A stretch of DNA of 64,000 nucleotides from Arenicellales bacterium (GTDB lineage: Bacteria > Pseudomonadota > Gammaproteobacteria > Arenicellales > JAJDZL01): contig OZ220493.1 of assembly GCA_965116205.1 (NCBI GenBank), positions 1,547,029 through 1,611,028 on the forward strand, written 5' to 3'. This document shows positions 18,462 through 33,700 of this stretch, one piece after another. The notes under the pieces were generated by a model, which saw only the letters and a list, made by a program, of their open reading frames with translations, searched no databases and was not told the DNA's origin. Positions within the stretch are counted from its first letter, which is position 1. Every line of letters starts with the position of its first letter. The translations under genes were made by a program, and so were the position numbers.

Positions 18462-20873
18462 GTGCAAAAGACTGCGGAAGTGGTGGTGATCGGTGGTGGT
18501 GTTGCCGGATGTAGCGTGGCTTATCACCTCGGTAAAAGGGGCTGTAAAGATGTTGTTCTGTTGGAACGTTCAGAGCTGACCTCCGGGTCGACGTGGCATG
18601 CGGCCGGGAATACCCATGTGCTACAGGACAATGCGAATCTCTCGAAACTACACTACTACACAATCAAACTGTACCCTCAACTCGAAGAGGAAACCGGTCA
18701 GTCCTGCGGCCTTCATCCGGTGGGGGGCATCTATCTGGCGACGACACCGGCGCGTCATGATCAGATTCGTATCCAAGCATCCAAAGCAAAATACCTGGGC
18801 TTGGAATTTGAGACCATTTCGCTGGATATGGTCCATGAAATGAATCCACTGCTCAATCTTGACGGTGTCATCAGTGCGATGTATGAACACAATGAAGCAC
18901 ATGTTGACCCCAGTGGTGTCGCCAATGCCTACGCAGCTGGCGCGCGTATGAATGGAGTAAAAATTCATCGTAATGCGCCGGTTACGGCGACGACGCAAAT
19001 GCCCGATGGTGGCTGGTTGGTAAAAACGCCACAAGGCCAGGTCCAGACCAAGTGTCTGGTGAACTGTGCTGGATTATGGGGCCGGGAAGTGGGGCGACTG
19101 GCCGGTCTCAATCTACCACTGATGCCAATGGAGCATCAATATCTGGTGACCGAGAGCATTCCTGAAATAGACGCACTGGACCGAGAAATTCCATTGATCC
19201 ATGATAATGATGGTGAATATTACATGCGCCAGGAAGGCAAAGGACTGCTGGTCGGTGCCTACGAGAAAGGTGGCGTCCATTGGGCGGTTGATGGCACTCC
19301 GCTGGATTTTGGCCATGATCTGCTACCTAACGACCTTGATCGCATGTTGGACAATTTCGCGCGGGCGATGCATCGCATGCCGTGCCTCGAAACTGCTGGT
19401 ATCAAACGCATTGTCAACGGACCGATGATCTGGACACCAGATTTGATGCCACTGTTCGGTGAGGTGCCGCAACTCAGCAACTATTTTCTGATCGGTGGAC
19501 TGATTCCAGGGTTCAGTATTGGTGGCGGTCTTGGGTTGATGATGGCAGAATGGATTCTGGATGGACAGCCGAGTCTGGACCTGTGGTCTATTGATGTGGC
19601 GAGATTCGGAGATTGGGTCACCCCGGATTATGTTCTGCAGACGACCGCGGACAATTATGAATCTCGATTCAGAATATTCTTTCCATACGAAGAACGAACT
19701 GCAGGGCGACCGGTGCGAACTCGACCGGTTTATGAGCACCAGAAAAGTAATGGTGCGATGTTTGGGGCGCAATTCGGTTGGGAAGTACCGATGTGGTTTG
19801 CACCCGAAGGTGTGCCACCGGTTGAAACCTTCTCTTTTCGGCGCACCGAATCATTTGCTCCAGTCGGCGAAGAATGTCAGACAGTGCGTTCGGCCGTTGG
19901 TTTGCTTGACACCTCAGCCTATGCGAAGTTTGTCATTCAAGGTCCGCGCGCGGCGGAATGGTTGGATGGACTCACGACCAATACCCTACCGGCACTACGA
20001 CGAATGTCGCTGGCACCCATGTTACATAAAGCAGGAGGAGTGGTTGCCGATTTCACTATCGCACGTTTAGCGGAAAATGAGTTCTTGCTGATCGGTGCCG
20101 GCGTGGCGGAAAACAGTCATTTACGATGGTTTCGCAAAAATGCTTTCGCTTCGGGAGTCAACGTAACCAGTCTATCCGATGATTGGGTTGGTCTGTCAAT
20201 TTCAGGACCCAATTCAAGAGCACTGATGGCCGAGCTGACGGGGGAGGATTTTTCCAACAATACACAGCGATTTCTCTCGGTTCGTCAGCTGCAGGTGGGT
20301 CCGGTTGCAGCTTGGGTGCTCAGAGTGGCATTTACCGGTGAGCTCGGCTTTGAGCTGTATTTTTCGGCAGAGCATCAACTGGAGGTGTTACAGCTGGTGA
20401 TGGAGAAGGGGCGGTCTTTCGGTATTCGACAAATCGGTTCCCGCGCCCTGCTGTCACTCCGATTAGAGAAGAATTATGGTAGTTGGGGTCGGGAGTATTC
20501 GCCGGAATACACACCGCTTGAATCTCGTTTGGACCGATTTGTGAAATTTGATAAAGGTGAGTTTATCGGCCGTGAGACACTGCACAAAGCGGCTGCCAGC
20601 GCGCCCAAGTGGTTACTCACCGGATTTACGATTGATGTAGACGAACAGGACGCCGTCGGTGGCGAGCCGATTTTGTGCGATGGTGAAGTGTCGGGTATTG
20701 TCACTTCGGCTTCTTTTGGTCACACTATCGGTAAGAGTATTGCGCTGGGCTATATTCCGCCGGCTAAACTTAACAGTGAAGAGATCAAAATTGAGATCAT
20801 TGGTGAGGCCAAAGATGCGAGAATCATTACCGAGCCGCTGGTCGACCCTAGCGGTTCAAGAATGCGCAGTTGA
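18462..20873 (+). CDS. Dimethylglycine/sarcosine dehydrogenase-like GcvT-family FAD oxidoreductase
   Basis: VVIGGGVAG, ELTSGSTWHAAG, NGPMIWTPD, FTGELGFEL and SLRLEK, with a C-terminal GcvT folate-binding domain. Confidence 0.92.
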   Translation: MQKTAEVVVIGGGVAGCSVAYHLGKRGCKDVVLLERSELTSGSTWHAAGNTHVLQDNANLSKLHYYTIKLYPQLEEETGQSCGLHPVGGIYLATTPARHDQIRIQASKAKYLGLEFETISLDMVHEMNPLLNLDGVISAMYEHNEAHVDPSGVANAYAAGARMNGVKIHRNAPVTATTQMPDGGWLVKTPQGQVQTKCLVNCAGLWGREVGRLAGLNLPLMPMEHQYLVTESIPEIDALDREIPLIHDNDGEYYMRQEGKGLLVGAYEKGGVHWAVDGTPLDFGHDLLPNDLDRMLDNFARAMHRMPCLETAGIKRIVNGPMIWTPDLMPLFGEVPQLSNYFLIGGLIPGFSIGGGLGLMMAEWILDGQPSLDLWSIDVARFGDWVTPDYVLQTTADNYESRFRIFFPYEERTAGRPVRTRPVYEHQKSNGAMFGAQFGWEVPMWFAPEGVPPVETFSFRRTESFAPVGEECQTVRSAVGLLDTSAYAKFVIQGPRAAEWLDGLTTNTLPALRRMSLAPMLHKAGGVVADFTIARLAENEFLLIGAGVAENSHLRWFRKNAFASGVNVTSLSDDWVGLSISGPNSRALMAELTGEDFSNNTQRFLSVRQLQVGPVAAWVLRVAFTGELGFELYFSAEHQLEVLQLVMEKGRSFGIRQIGSRALLSLRLEKNYGSWGREYSPEYTPLESRLDRFVKFDKGEFIGRETLHKAAASAPKWLLTGFTIDVDEQDAVGGEPILCDGEVSGIVTSASFGHTIGKSIALGYIPPAKLNSEEIKIEIIGEAKDARIITEPLVDPSGSRMRS

Positions 20874-20913
20874 ATCACCACCACTATTAAGAATGTATTG
20901 AGGACTCCAAACC

Positions 20914-21492
20914 ATGAAAACACCTTCAGCAAGCAGTTTTCCTATTCCTGAATTGGGTGATTTACCGCAAGACATTCAGGAACGTATTCTTGCCGTTCAG
21001 GACAAGGCGGGTTTCGTACCCAATGTGTTTCTTGCACTCGCTCATCGGCCGGCTGAGTTTCGTGCATTCTTTGACTATCACGATGCACTGATGGAAAAAG
21101 ACAGTGGATTAAGCAAGGCGGAAAGAGAAATGATTGTGGTTGCTACTTCCGCTGAAAACAACTGTCAATATTGTGTGGTCGCACATGGTGCGGTGTTACG
21201 CATTCGATCGAAACATCCGTTGATTGCCGATCAGGTGGCGATCAATTATCGTAAAGCTGACATCGCCCCAAAACAGCGAGTGATGCTAGATTTTGCGGTC
21301 AAAGTCTGTAATGAATCATCGTCGGTTGATGCGGCGGACTGGCAATCACTGAAAGATGTCGGATTCAACGACGAAGATATTTGGGATATTGCGGCAATTA
21401 CCGCCTTCTTTGGGATGAGCAATCGGTTGGCCAATGTGCTCGGGATGGAAGCCAATACAGAGTTTTATAGTATGGCACGCGAGCTTGATTGA
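20914..21492 (+). CDS. Peroxidase-related AhpD/CMD-family protein
   Basis: GFVPNVF, EREMIVVATS..N.CQYCVVAHGA and FFGMSNRLAN. Confidence 0.92.
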   Translation: MKTPSASSFPIPELGDLPQDIQERILAVQDKAGFVPNVFLALAHRPAEFRAFFDYHDALMEKDSGLSKAEREMIVVATSAENNCQYCVVAHGAVLRIRSKHPLIADQVAINYRKADIAPKQRVMLDFAVKVCNESSSVDAADWQSLKDVGFNDEDIWDIAAITAFFGMSNRLANVLGMEANTEFYSMARELD

Positions 21493-21718
21493 GTATCTTG
21501 GTTCATGCAGGAATGAGAGTTTTCTAGTAAACGTCCATAAAAGTTGAAGAATATGCCTCGCGCGAACGATTACGCGACCGGTGTGGTAAGTCACTATGGT
21601 ACTCATGCTGAAAAACACTCTAGCCTCACTGTGAATTAAGAGGTTCAGCTAAAGATGGAGAGTACCCTTTGAGTTTAAGCTAAATCATGTTGCGGTTCGA
21701 GAAGCCATTGATTTCCGT

Positions 21719-24928
<3,210 letters not shown>

Positions 24929-25030
24929 TTATTCCCTCACTAGGTTAATCCTATGCCAATCCTTGACATCTAAATCAACCGCATACCTCAATTGCACAAT
25001 ATTCGGTAATACCTCAGCTAAAATGGGAAA

Positions 25031-27709
25031 CTAATTTATCACAGGTGAATTCGATGAACAACCTGTCAAGTTTTCCGGCCAAAATAAAGCCAAATCATTC
25101 AACAGTACTGTCTTAAAAGGCAGTCGCAATGTGTGTATTTCTTGATTGACGTAATCACGTGCTGTTTCAAGCCATTTCAACATTACATCACTTGAAACTG
25201 AGGTGTTTGGTTGAATAAATTCTTTTCGAAGTGGTTGAATTCGATTCAAATAATTCAATAGATGCATATCACGTAGCAATGAATGGCTACCATCATTTCC
25301 ATCTGTAACTCCAACAGCAATTTTTCGTAAGTGACCCGAACGACTGGTCACTGCATCTTGAATACTGAATACAGCCAGTGGATAAGTGGCATCTCGTAAC
25401 AATGTAAGTCCACTATCTATATCTGTTGCCTGCGACAATGCTTGATCAAATACTTGATGACCAACTCCCACTATGTGATCGACTTTCTCTGTATTGCGAG
25501 TTTGTCGGTGAAATTTCAGATTGTTGTAACGTCGTCTCACACCTGGAGATTTGCGCCATTCTTCCGGTGTTTCGAAGCTGTAGGAACCATCGGAACGGTC
25601 TGGTCGGCGATGATTCTTGTGAAGTGCCCAATAAAAGAACTTTTCTAAATCTGGCAAGTCTGCCTTTGGAACATCATTCAACTGCGTAAGATCAAAACTT
25701 TGGCAATGTCCAAACATTTCTATTACAGCCTGTATTGCGGATTTTCCACCCAAGCTTCTAGTTTTGGTGTCGAACCACCCATCCAGTCGTTCGGGGGGAA
25801 TGGTTTGCCCTTCTGAAAACAGTTTGTTGTAAATATTGGAATCTGCCATACCAAGAATCATTTGCATTAGATCCTCAGGTTCATTCATCGCGTGACTGAG
25901 TGCCATCGTGATGCTTGCTAACCGATCCTCCAATTTTTCCCAGATTCTATATTCAACTGTATTCGGGTTACGTATGGTGACAACATCAACTGGATAATTT
26001 TGCCCATATCTGTTCAATCTTCCGACGCGCTGATGAAGTCTCATTGGATTCCATGGCAGGTCGACGTGAATTAAAGTGTGACATTTTCCTTGTAGATCAA
26101 TTCCTTCATCCCCCGCTTCTGTGGACACAAGAAATCTGATCTTGCCTTGATTGAAATTGTCCGCGGTACGTTCTCGATTTGCAGAAAGTGAAGCCTTTTC
26201 TCCGGATGGTAAGGACACTTCGCTCAAACGGTCATCTCCGTTGATGAAACCTACACTCTCTTTACCGAAATTCTTCATAAGGGTTGAAACTATCAAAGAT
26301 TGAGTCGCCTTAAATTCCGTAAACAGTAGTACGGAACGATCATTGAACTCACGATTGATGATTTCAGAAATGCGCTGAATTTTGCTCTCCTCCTTTACCA
26401 ACTCAGCGGCTTCAAGCAATGTACTAAGGTGTGACAGCTCGTCATTCAGGAGTTTAAATTTTCGCTTGTTGCTCCAATGAAGCAAATGGTCAAAAATTTC
26501 AACTTCTTCTTCACTGTCGTTAAACGAGCCTATACTTGCTTGATCTTGCAATTCATTGGCTATTAACTTGATTTCATTTATCCGTTTCTTCAGAGTTGCG
26601 CGGATCGCAGCTACTGAACTTGATGCTATTTTTTGTATTGCGATCAACACCAACGTTACCTCTTTCGCCGCTTGTTCATCTAACCCTGAAGCATAAGCTT
26701 TTCCTTCAAGAATGAACTGAGTTAACAGGTCATAGAAGTTCTTTTCATTATCAGAGTAATCATAAATTTCAGGACGATTGTTTACGGGCTGGAACAATTT
26801 ATTGCCATCCATGTCTGTTACTTTTTGCTTGAAGTTTCTGATCATCACATTCTGGAGTTTCGGTAGCTGTATACGATCCGGGATTTGAGGACTGAAAGCT
26901 TCCGGCTGAAGCAGTTGCATCAGTGACCAAAACCCGTGACGCTTACCACGATGCGGAGTGCCTGTGAAGAAAAGACATGATTGGACGAGTTGTTTTGCCA
27001 TCAACTCCTCAACAAGTTTATAACCCCTTGTTTTACCCGCGTGTTCCTCAACATTGAGATGATGTGCTTCATCGACGATAAGCATATCCCATGCAGGGGC
27101 ATCTAGCAGTCGTTCGCGTCGACTTCTGTGGTCCATGCGCATGGTGGGAAGAGATGCAATAACTTGATTATGAGTGTTCCAGAAGTCAGCTCTTGGGCGG
27201 TCTATCGCGGGGTGATACACTGATGTTCGTATGTCGAACAATCTTCGCAACTGACCCTGCCATTGTTCTACAAGAGAAGCAGGTGTGAGGATCAAGAGCC
27301 TTCTGACTCTTCCACTTGAAAGTAGCGGCCAGAGAATCAATCCGGCTTCTATAGTCTTTCCCAGTCCGACATCGTCGGCGATTAACTTACGAATAGGCCA
27401 TTGTTGCAATGTGCGGTGACAAACCCAAAGTTGATGTGGTAGGAGTTCAATGCGAGAACGGGAAAACACACCCCATGCGTCGTTTAAAGAACGTATTGCT
27501 GCTGCTTGGGATTTGAGGGTCATATCTAAGGTCGTTGACCAGTGCCGCTTGTTAATCGCATCAGCTACTGACCAGCGTGATGTGAGACTTTCTGTTTCAC
27601 AAGACTCAATGCCATGTTCGAATTGAACGACTACAATTGAACCCTTGTCAAGTAGTACGGTTCCAGTCCCGAAATCTGGATGGTGAACTAGTTGATCTGA
27701 TTGAAACAT
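25031..27709 (-). CDS. SNF2/RapA-like (DrmD-like) helicase with N-terminal Tudor-like domain
   Basis: VHHPDFGTGTV, LLPHQ, LIADDVGLGKTIEAG, DEAHHL, TGTPH, EGIDLQ and DLPWNPMRLHQRVGRLNRYGQ. Confidence 0.9.
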   Translation of the reverse strand: MFQSDQLVHHPDFGTGTVLLDKGSIVVVQFEHGIESCETESLTSRWSVADAINKRHWSTTLDMTLKSQAAAIRSLNDAWGVFSRSRIELLPHQLWVCHRTLQQWPIRKLIADDVGLGKTIEAGLILWPLLSSGRVRRLLILTPASLVEQWQGQLRRLFDIRTSVYHPAIDRPRADFWNTHNQVIASLPTMRMDHRSRRERLLDAPAWDMLIVDEAHHLNVEEHAGKTRGYKLVEELMAKQLVQSCLFFTGTPHRGKRHGFWSLMQLLQPEAFSPQIPDRIQLPKLQNVMIRNFKQKVTDMDGNKLFQPVNNRPEIYDYSDNEKNFYDLLTQFILEGKAYASGLDEQAAKEVTLVLIAIQKIASSSVAAIRATLKKRINEIKLIANELQDQASIGSFNDSEEEVEIFDHLLHWSNKRKFKLLNDELSHLSTLLEAAELVKEESKIQRISEIINREFNDRSVLLFTEFKATQSLIVSTLMKNFGKESVGFINGDDRLSEVSLPSGEKASLSANRERTADNFNQGKIRFLVSTEAGDEGIDLQGKCHTLIHVDLPWNPMRLHQRVGRLNRYGQNYPVDVVTIRNPNTVEYRIWEKLEDRLASITMALSHAMNEPEDLMQMILGMADSNIYNKLFSEGQTIPPERLDGWFDTKTRSLGGKSAIQAVIEMFGHCQSFDLTQLNDVPKADLPDLEKFFYWALHKNHRRPDRSDGSYSFETPEEWRKSPGVRRRYNNLKFHRQTRNTEKVDHIVGVGHQVFDQALSQATDIDSGLTLLRDATYPLAVFSIQDAVTSRSGHLRKIAVGVTDGNDGSHSLLRDMHLLNYLNRIQPLRKEFIQPNTSVSSDVMLKWLETARDYVNQEIHTLRLPFKTVLLNDLALFWPENLTGCSSNSPVIN

Positions 27710-27786
27710 TGTGAGTTTATGGTTCTGATTGAGTTGTAGATCTTTTCTGCATATGCATCGGATGAAAAATTGCGAGCTACATAGAC

Positions 27787-30700
27787 CTACGCAATGACCC
27801 TTCCAAACAGTTGATTATGTTTATCATAATGAGATTCCAAAGTGATGATACGTAGCGGGATATCGTAACTTCCGTTGAATGTTGCTTTCTGAATTCCCAA
27901 GTGGCGCTTCAAGATGTCATAGAGTTCCGGAGAGGTTGATACTTCTTCTCCAAATGTTTCAAAAAAGCGCCTAATTCGCCGTATCGGTGCATACGCATGT
28001 GGTTTGATAAAAGGGGTTTCATCAATTAAACGGTGGTACAGCAACTCTCGGATGACAAAGGGATAACCAACTTTTAAAGTTCTCTTGAGTGATGGTGGGT
28101 CAATACCACCGCCTTGTAGGTGCGGGTTGTTGCGCGGGTCTAGAATCATATCAACAGTGATCACTTTTGTAAACAGACTCAGAGATTGAAAGAGTTCTTT
28201 ATAGTCGTCCAGTCCACGTTTTAACCGATACAATCTGGGGAACTGACTCATCCAAAGTGTCCATTTTTCGTCTTCCTCTTCAATAAACTGTTCAATTATG
28301 TTCATCCACTGGTCTGGTGCTTTGTTAGGGTCAGAGCTTGTAAAAGTATTCCACCATCCTCTCTGTCGACAATCAAGAATAAATTTGCGATGATGTTCTT
28401 CTTTAGTGCGGCCTATACTTTGAAAACTCCCCAATGCAAGTAGCATAAACCACCAAGAATTGTCTTTTTCTGATTTCTGTTGAAATTCTTGCGGATAAAT
28501 TTTCTTTCGGTATTCTGTTAACTCTAAATGTTCATTTTTCTCCCACCACTTGTACAGTCTGTCTAGAGCAGTTTGCAAATCAATGGGTAGTGGAAGCGGA
28601 GGCCCCGGCGGACCGGGGTCCCAGTCTGGTCCTAATAGTCGACGAACTTCTTTTCGCTGGTTTTCGGTCAGTTCGATGGGTAAAGCAAAATTATCAGGTG
28701 GGAAAAATTCCTTCAACCATCTTTTGTTGCGAATCAGTTTAGCAACGTCCACACTTAGGTCGCCTTCTGCAAGATAAACGAGAGCATTGAATCTTGACTT
28801 TTCTGTATCTGCATTCAATACCCACTTCGCAAGCTCTTCCGCCGGCGCTTCCATGCGATTGCGGCAAAATCGAAAAAACTCATTCGCCGATGCCTCTACG
28901 TCTAATGCGTCTACTTTGTAGTAACTGCGATGTAAACGACGCTCCGGTGGCGCTAATCTGTGGCGTAGTAATTCATCATAGTCGCCGCTAGTAATTTGAC
29001 ACGTCAATAGATTTTTTGAGCCAATCCACTTATCTTTATCTGCCTCAGACTTAAACTGAAGTTCATTTAACTGATCGGTGACCTCTTCAGACTTCCAGTA
29101 CTGATGATCTTTGGTTTTGGTCATCAAGTATAAGCGTCCCAACACTTTCGCATCTTTGGGCTTAACCCGGTTGTGTTCCAGATATTTGATAAATGTGGAT
29201 ATTTCAAGGCATTGAAGGTTTATGTTTTTGGTTTTTTTTAGAATGTTGGCGGTTCTTTCTGAGACACAATTTGTGCCTGAATAGTGTTTGCTGAAGTGTT
29301 TCCATGTACTCAATTCTCTGCATATATCTTCATGTAGTAGCAACTTATGTAAATGAAACTGAATATCGTTCAGGCTTGAAAAAGCGCGTAAACAGCCTTT
29401 CAGACCATTGGGTATGGCCTGTTTAAAGTCGCACAGTTTCGCGAGAGCTGTCTCTACGACTACACGCGGCAGATTATCGACGTCCTTTGTTAATGATTTT
29501 TCAGTCAAACCTAGCCAAATACTCTCCCAGAAATCTAGCGGACTAAAGTTGGCCTCCAATCCCAATTTTGATCGGAAATCACACCAATTATTCCGAGAAT
29601 ATTCAAACAAATTTCCCAAGGTATTACCAGCTTGGTTCCCAATTTTCTCGGCTTTATTGACATTGTATTGGATATCTCCTACCAATCGGCCCCGTCCGAC
29701 ATCAATTGCAAAATTGCCATTTAAAACGAAACCAACGTGCGAGACTTCCTGAGTGGGCGTCGTAACCCAAAGGGCAGGTATGTTTTTTGGAATTTGTCGA
29801 TACCCCTTTGGTCCTATGGCGATGAGTAGGTCACCATGTTTGCCTCGTATACACATCGCTTTCGTCTGTTTACTTCCATCAATTTCGATATCAAGATTAC
29901 CCATTTCGACATCAGGACAGATTTGCATTGGTTTCCACTCTGAAACTGTCTTTGTAGTCGAGCTATGAATTTCAATAATATTTATGGCTTTTCCAAAGAT
30001 GCAAAGAATACCTGCAAGGTGTTTAAATTGCTCTAGAATGACTTGCTGCTTGTCTTTTACATTCGGTAGATTAATGAGCGTTCCTGGCAAATTAGTTTTC
30101 CTGCCAAGTTCATTGAGCCGTCTCATTTCTTTGTCCACAATTTCGTTTTTCAAAGGTTGTGGCAACATTCCTGCCACTATGCGGACTGCCAAAAGACCAC
30201 TGAGAATCAAAGGTTCCTCGCAAGCTAGAAATACACTTTTGAAACCAAGTCCAAACTTACCGGTGAGTGATTTTTGATCGGTCTTGTTACTAGCGGACAA
30301 GATGAGCATTTTTTCTAAATCTTTTTCATAATTTTGTTTGTTGTAATTGAATCCTATGAGTGTAGCGTTCACAGGTCTACCCCAATGCGCGAAGGCGATA
30401 CCATTTCTCCACTCTTGTACAGCAAATCGAGATTCTACAGTCTGCTCGAACTGTTTAATTTCCACTGTAGCATCGTCGGCGTTTTGAAATAACTCCATTG
30501 GTATGCTGGATAAATCATATTGGTACTTTTTGAGTTCATTCTTTACTGCTTTCAAGATAGTTCTTTGCACTTTTGGTTTTTTGATACATTCGGCCAATAT
30601 TTCTAGTTTCTTTCGCAATTTACCTCTAATATCTTCTATTTCTTCTTTGTTTTTCTTTGCTGTCTCCGCCTCAGCAAGTTGTCTCCTCAAGCTGTCAAAA

Positions 30701-33700
30701 GCAGTCAAGTGATTTATTAATTGTTTGTTCCTCACGGAGAACCGTTGGAGATAAAATGGAATATTCTCTAAGATGAGTTGACGTGCGGTTTCAATTTCAA
30801 GTTGGTTGCTTTTGTTCAGTTCTTTCCACAACGAATTTAGGTTCACTTTCTGGTCGTGAAGGTCAGAGCAAAGACATTCAGCCGAGTAAAGTAGTATTCG
30901 TTTAAGTTTATCTGCTGACAGTTGAGGGGGGTCAATTTCACGTAACGGAATAACAACGGAATTATCGCTAGTAGAACTCCATAGTAGATTGCCGGCCAAG
31001 ATGGTATCTGGTTCATTATTGAGAGGAAGTGGAATGCGGTCACAGAGAATATTGAGCACCTCCACTTGGTCTTTTTCTTGAACTGTTACTCCCACTCTAA
31101 TACTATTCAGTGCTTCTTCCAGAGACATTCCACCACCACGCATGTCATCCCTACGAGTTGCCCACTTTTTATTTAACTCTCCTACAAACCAGTTAAAGCT
31201 ATGTGGTTTCAGGTATTCGCCGGCTAGGTTTCTCACCGATTGACTGAGCAATGAACACACTGCGCCGATCAAGGGTTTGGGTACAAGAGTTGATTCCCAA
31301 GGTTTGAAATAACATCTCAAATCATTGTCTATAGAACCTAGAAGTTGCTCGAACTTACTATTTGAAATTTCAAGTTTAAGGTTTTTTTCTCTACTGTTGA
31401 TTCGATTTCGGCAAATGAGATTGTTGAGTATAGAGTCTTGATTTCGATCAAGAAGATATTTTCTGGCTATCCCATGGGTATGAGTTCTGGTGCACAACAT
31501 TGTGGACTTGCACCAAGTTTTAGCTTCCGATGCGAGTGATATGTGGGGAAGCTGGGTACCTACCTTTTTGTAATGTTGTTTGACAAGTTGGCAAAGATAA
31601 ATATCGTAGAGAGATTTTCTAGCTTTCCAATCGGTGTCTTCACTACTCAGGAAATTAAGTACTCCAATCAATTTTTCGAAATCAATTGGTTTCGTAAGCG
31701 ATGGTTTTAACCTCTCCCAAGCAATTTCTGGATCGTCGTTTGCTACCATCTGCAACAGTCTCCAACCAGGTAGATTGTTATGCCGTGCCAATATCTGAAT
31801 TTTCTTGTCGCTTGGTTGCTCCAAGATCTCTCCAATGTGATATTTCGGTAAATTTTCAAGTAACACGCACAATTGATCCAGAAAATTTTGAGACCGAGTG
31901 TCAGATACAAACAACTTTCTGACGCATTCCCATGCTTTATGCTCCTGAACTTCAGATTTGATATCATTCGACAAGGCGAAACAAGGTTTTTCATCTTTAG
32001 TTTCTTTTAACACGCGATATTCACTCAGCAGTCGAGAAATTTCGTCGTGAAATTCTCCTTGAATGTCGAATACGTGTAAAGGTTTGACAGGCACTTCGTA
32101 TTCCGTGGGTAACCACGCTGTGTTTTTCACTGAATCTAATAGTGAATTTGGAATTCGGTTAGCCAAATTCATTAGCGCATTGATTATGTGCATCCAATAT
32201 TTCTGTGGTAACTGAAATTTAGGATTCAGCGCTACCTTTAATATTGCTTTGTCGTCAAATGAAGACAACCATTTTTTCTGTTTGTCTGCCTGACTTGGGT
32301 TTTCACTTTGTTTGACTAGAGTTATTTCACCAACCAAAGGATCACTGGTGTCGAAGTCAGGTGGCGCGAGATAAACTTCTATATCGACTGAGGTGCAACC
32401 CCCTTTAACCGTTGTATGCGCGGGTAGCCATTTCCAAACTTCTTCACTTTCAATGCAAGACAGAACTTCGTCTCTTTCTCTAATGCACAGCACCTGAAGA
32501 TCGGGGGCATCTTGCGGTGATTTGTAAATCTTATACAAATCTTCGATTAGTGAGCTCTTATTGATTTCCTTTACAGTTGCCTGAAGCAATAGATATCGAG
32601 GTAAAACATTGACGAGTTCATCTGGAATTACGCTCCACTCTTTATCAAGGTTTAATACCATCCATAATTTCTGCCAAGCAGTACCCAGCTCTCCATCAGA
32701 TTTAAACCAAAGAGTTGAATCAAGGTCATCACGATGAGTTTGTGACCCGTGAAGCAAATACCTTAGTCCACGTAGCGCATCGTCAACTGCCTCAGGATCA
32801 TTCACTTTTTTAAGCATCGCTCGGCGCTCACTAAAGTCTCCAAGTTGGCCCGAATATTTCCCTATCGTTGCCAAACAGGCTACACTATCGTCAGCACTGG
32901 GAAGATCTTCTACATTGCCATGAAATTTTCTATATTCATTGATGCTGATGAGTGTGACTTCACTATCAAGCAAAACTCTTACCAGGGTTGGGGTGATTCC
33001 TAGAGAGTTACTTCTTAATCCGGCTGTAAGTCGAAATAGTGTTTCACTTTTCTGAAATCGATTTAGGGTATTAATATCCACCAATTTGTCTTTAGAACTT
33101 CTAGCGTCCCGTACGTTGATGACGTTACACGTGGGATATTTTTCCAGAAAGTTTCGTAACCCTTCTGTTTCTATGGTATTGAGTAACCCCTCAATTCCTT
33201 TTTTGATTCTAGTTTGCTCGACGTCCAGAGATTGTCGGTCGAACGAATCGGCGAGTGTCGACAGATATTTGTTTAATGTATCCCAACCTGGAATAGCTAT
33301 CCCCTTTTCTTCCGCGTCCATTCCCTTTGGGACGAGCAAAAAAGAATCCAATTTGTTGATCTGCAATAACTCATCAAGATCCTGCTTCCGCAATTTGTCG
33401 GCCAGTTCCAACCTATTTTCCGGTCGAATAAAACTAATCAGTCTTTTAGATTTACTCACCACATGGTGCAAACTTTCTTTATCTAAATTTAGTATTTCAT
33501 CCCTAATCAGAACAATTAACTCATTCTGAACTAATTGGGAATTCAGGTACTGCTCTCCGCAGGAATCAAGAAAATCTTTCAGATAATCCATATGGCCTTG
33601 ATTTCTGAATAAGCCATGAATTTGGGAAAGTAGGCTGACTATTTCCTCTTCCTGCCACTCAAATTTCTGAAGACTCAAATTTGGCGCCGAATAGTCGTAG

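Noticed and set aside
25031..27709. Calling the SNF2 gene DISARM drmD or housekeeping rapA
   Set aside because: No drmA/B/C or cognate methylase is adjacent, the RapA C-terminal region is not recognisable, and the context is an AT-rich island.
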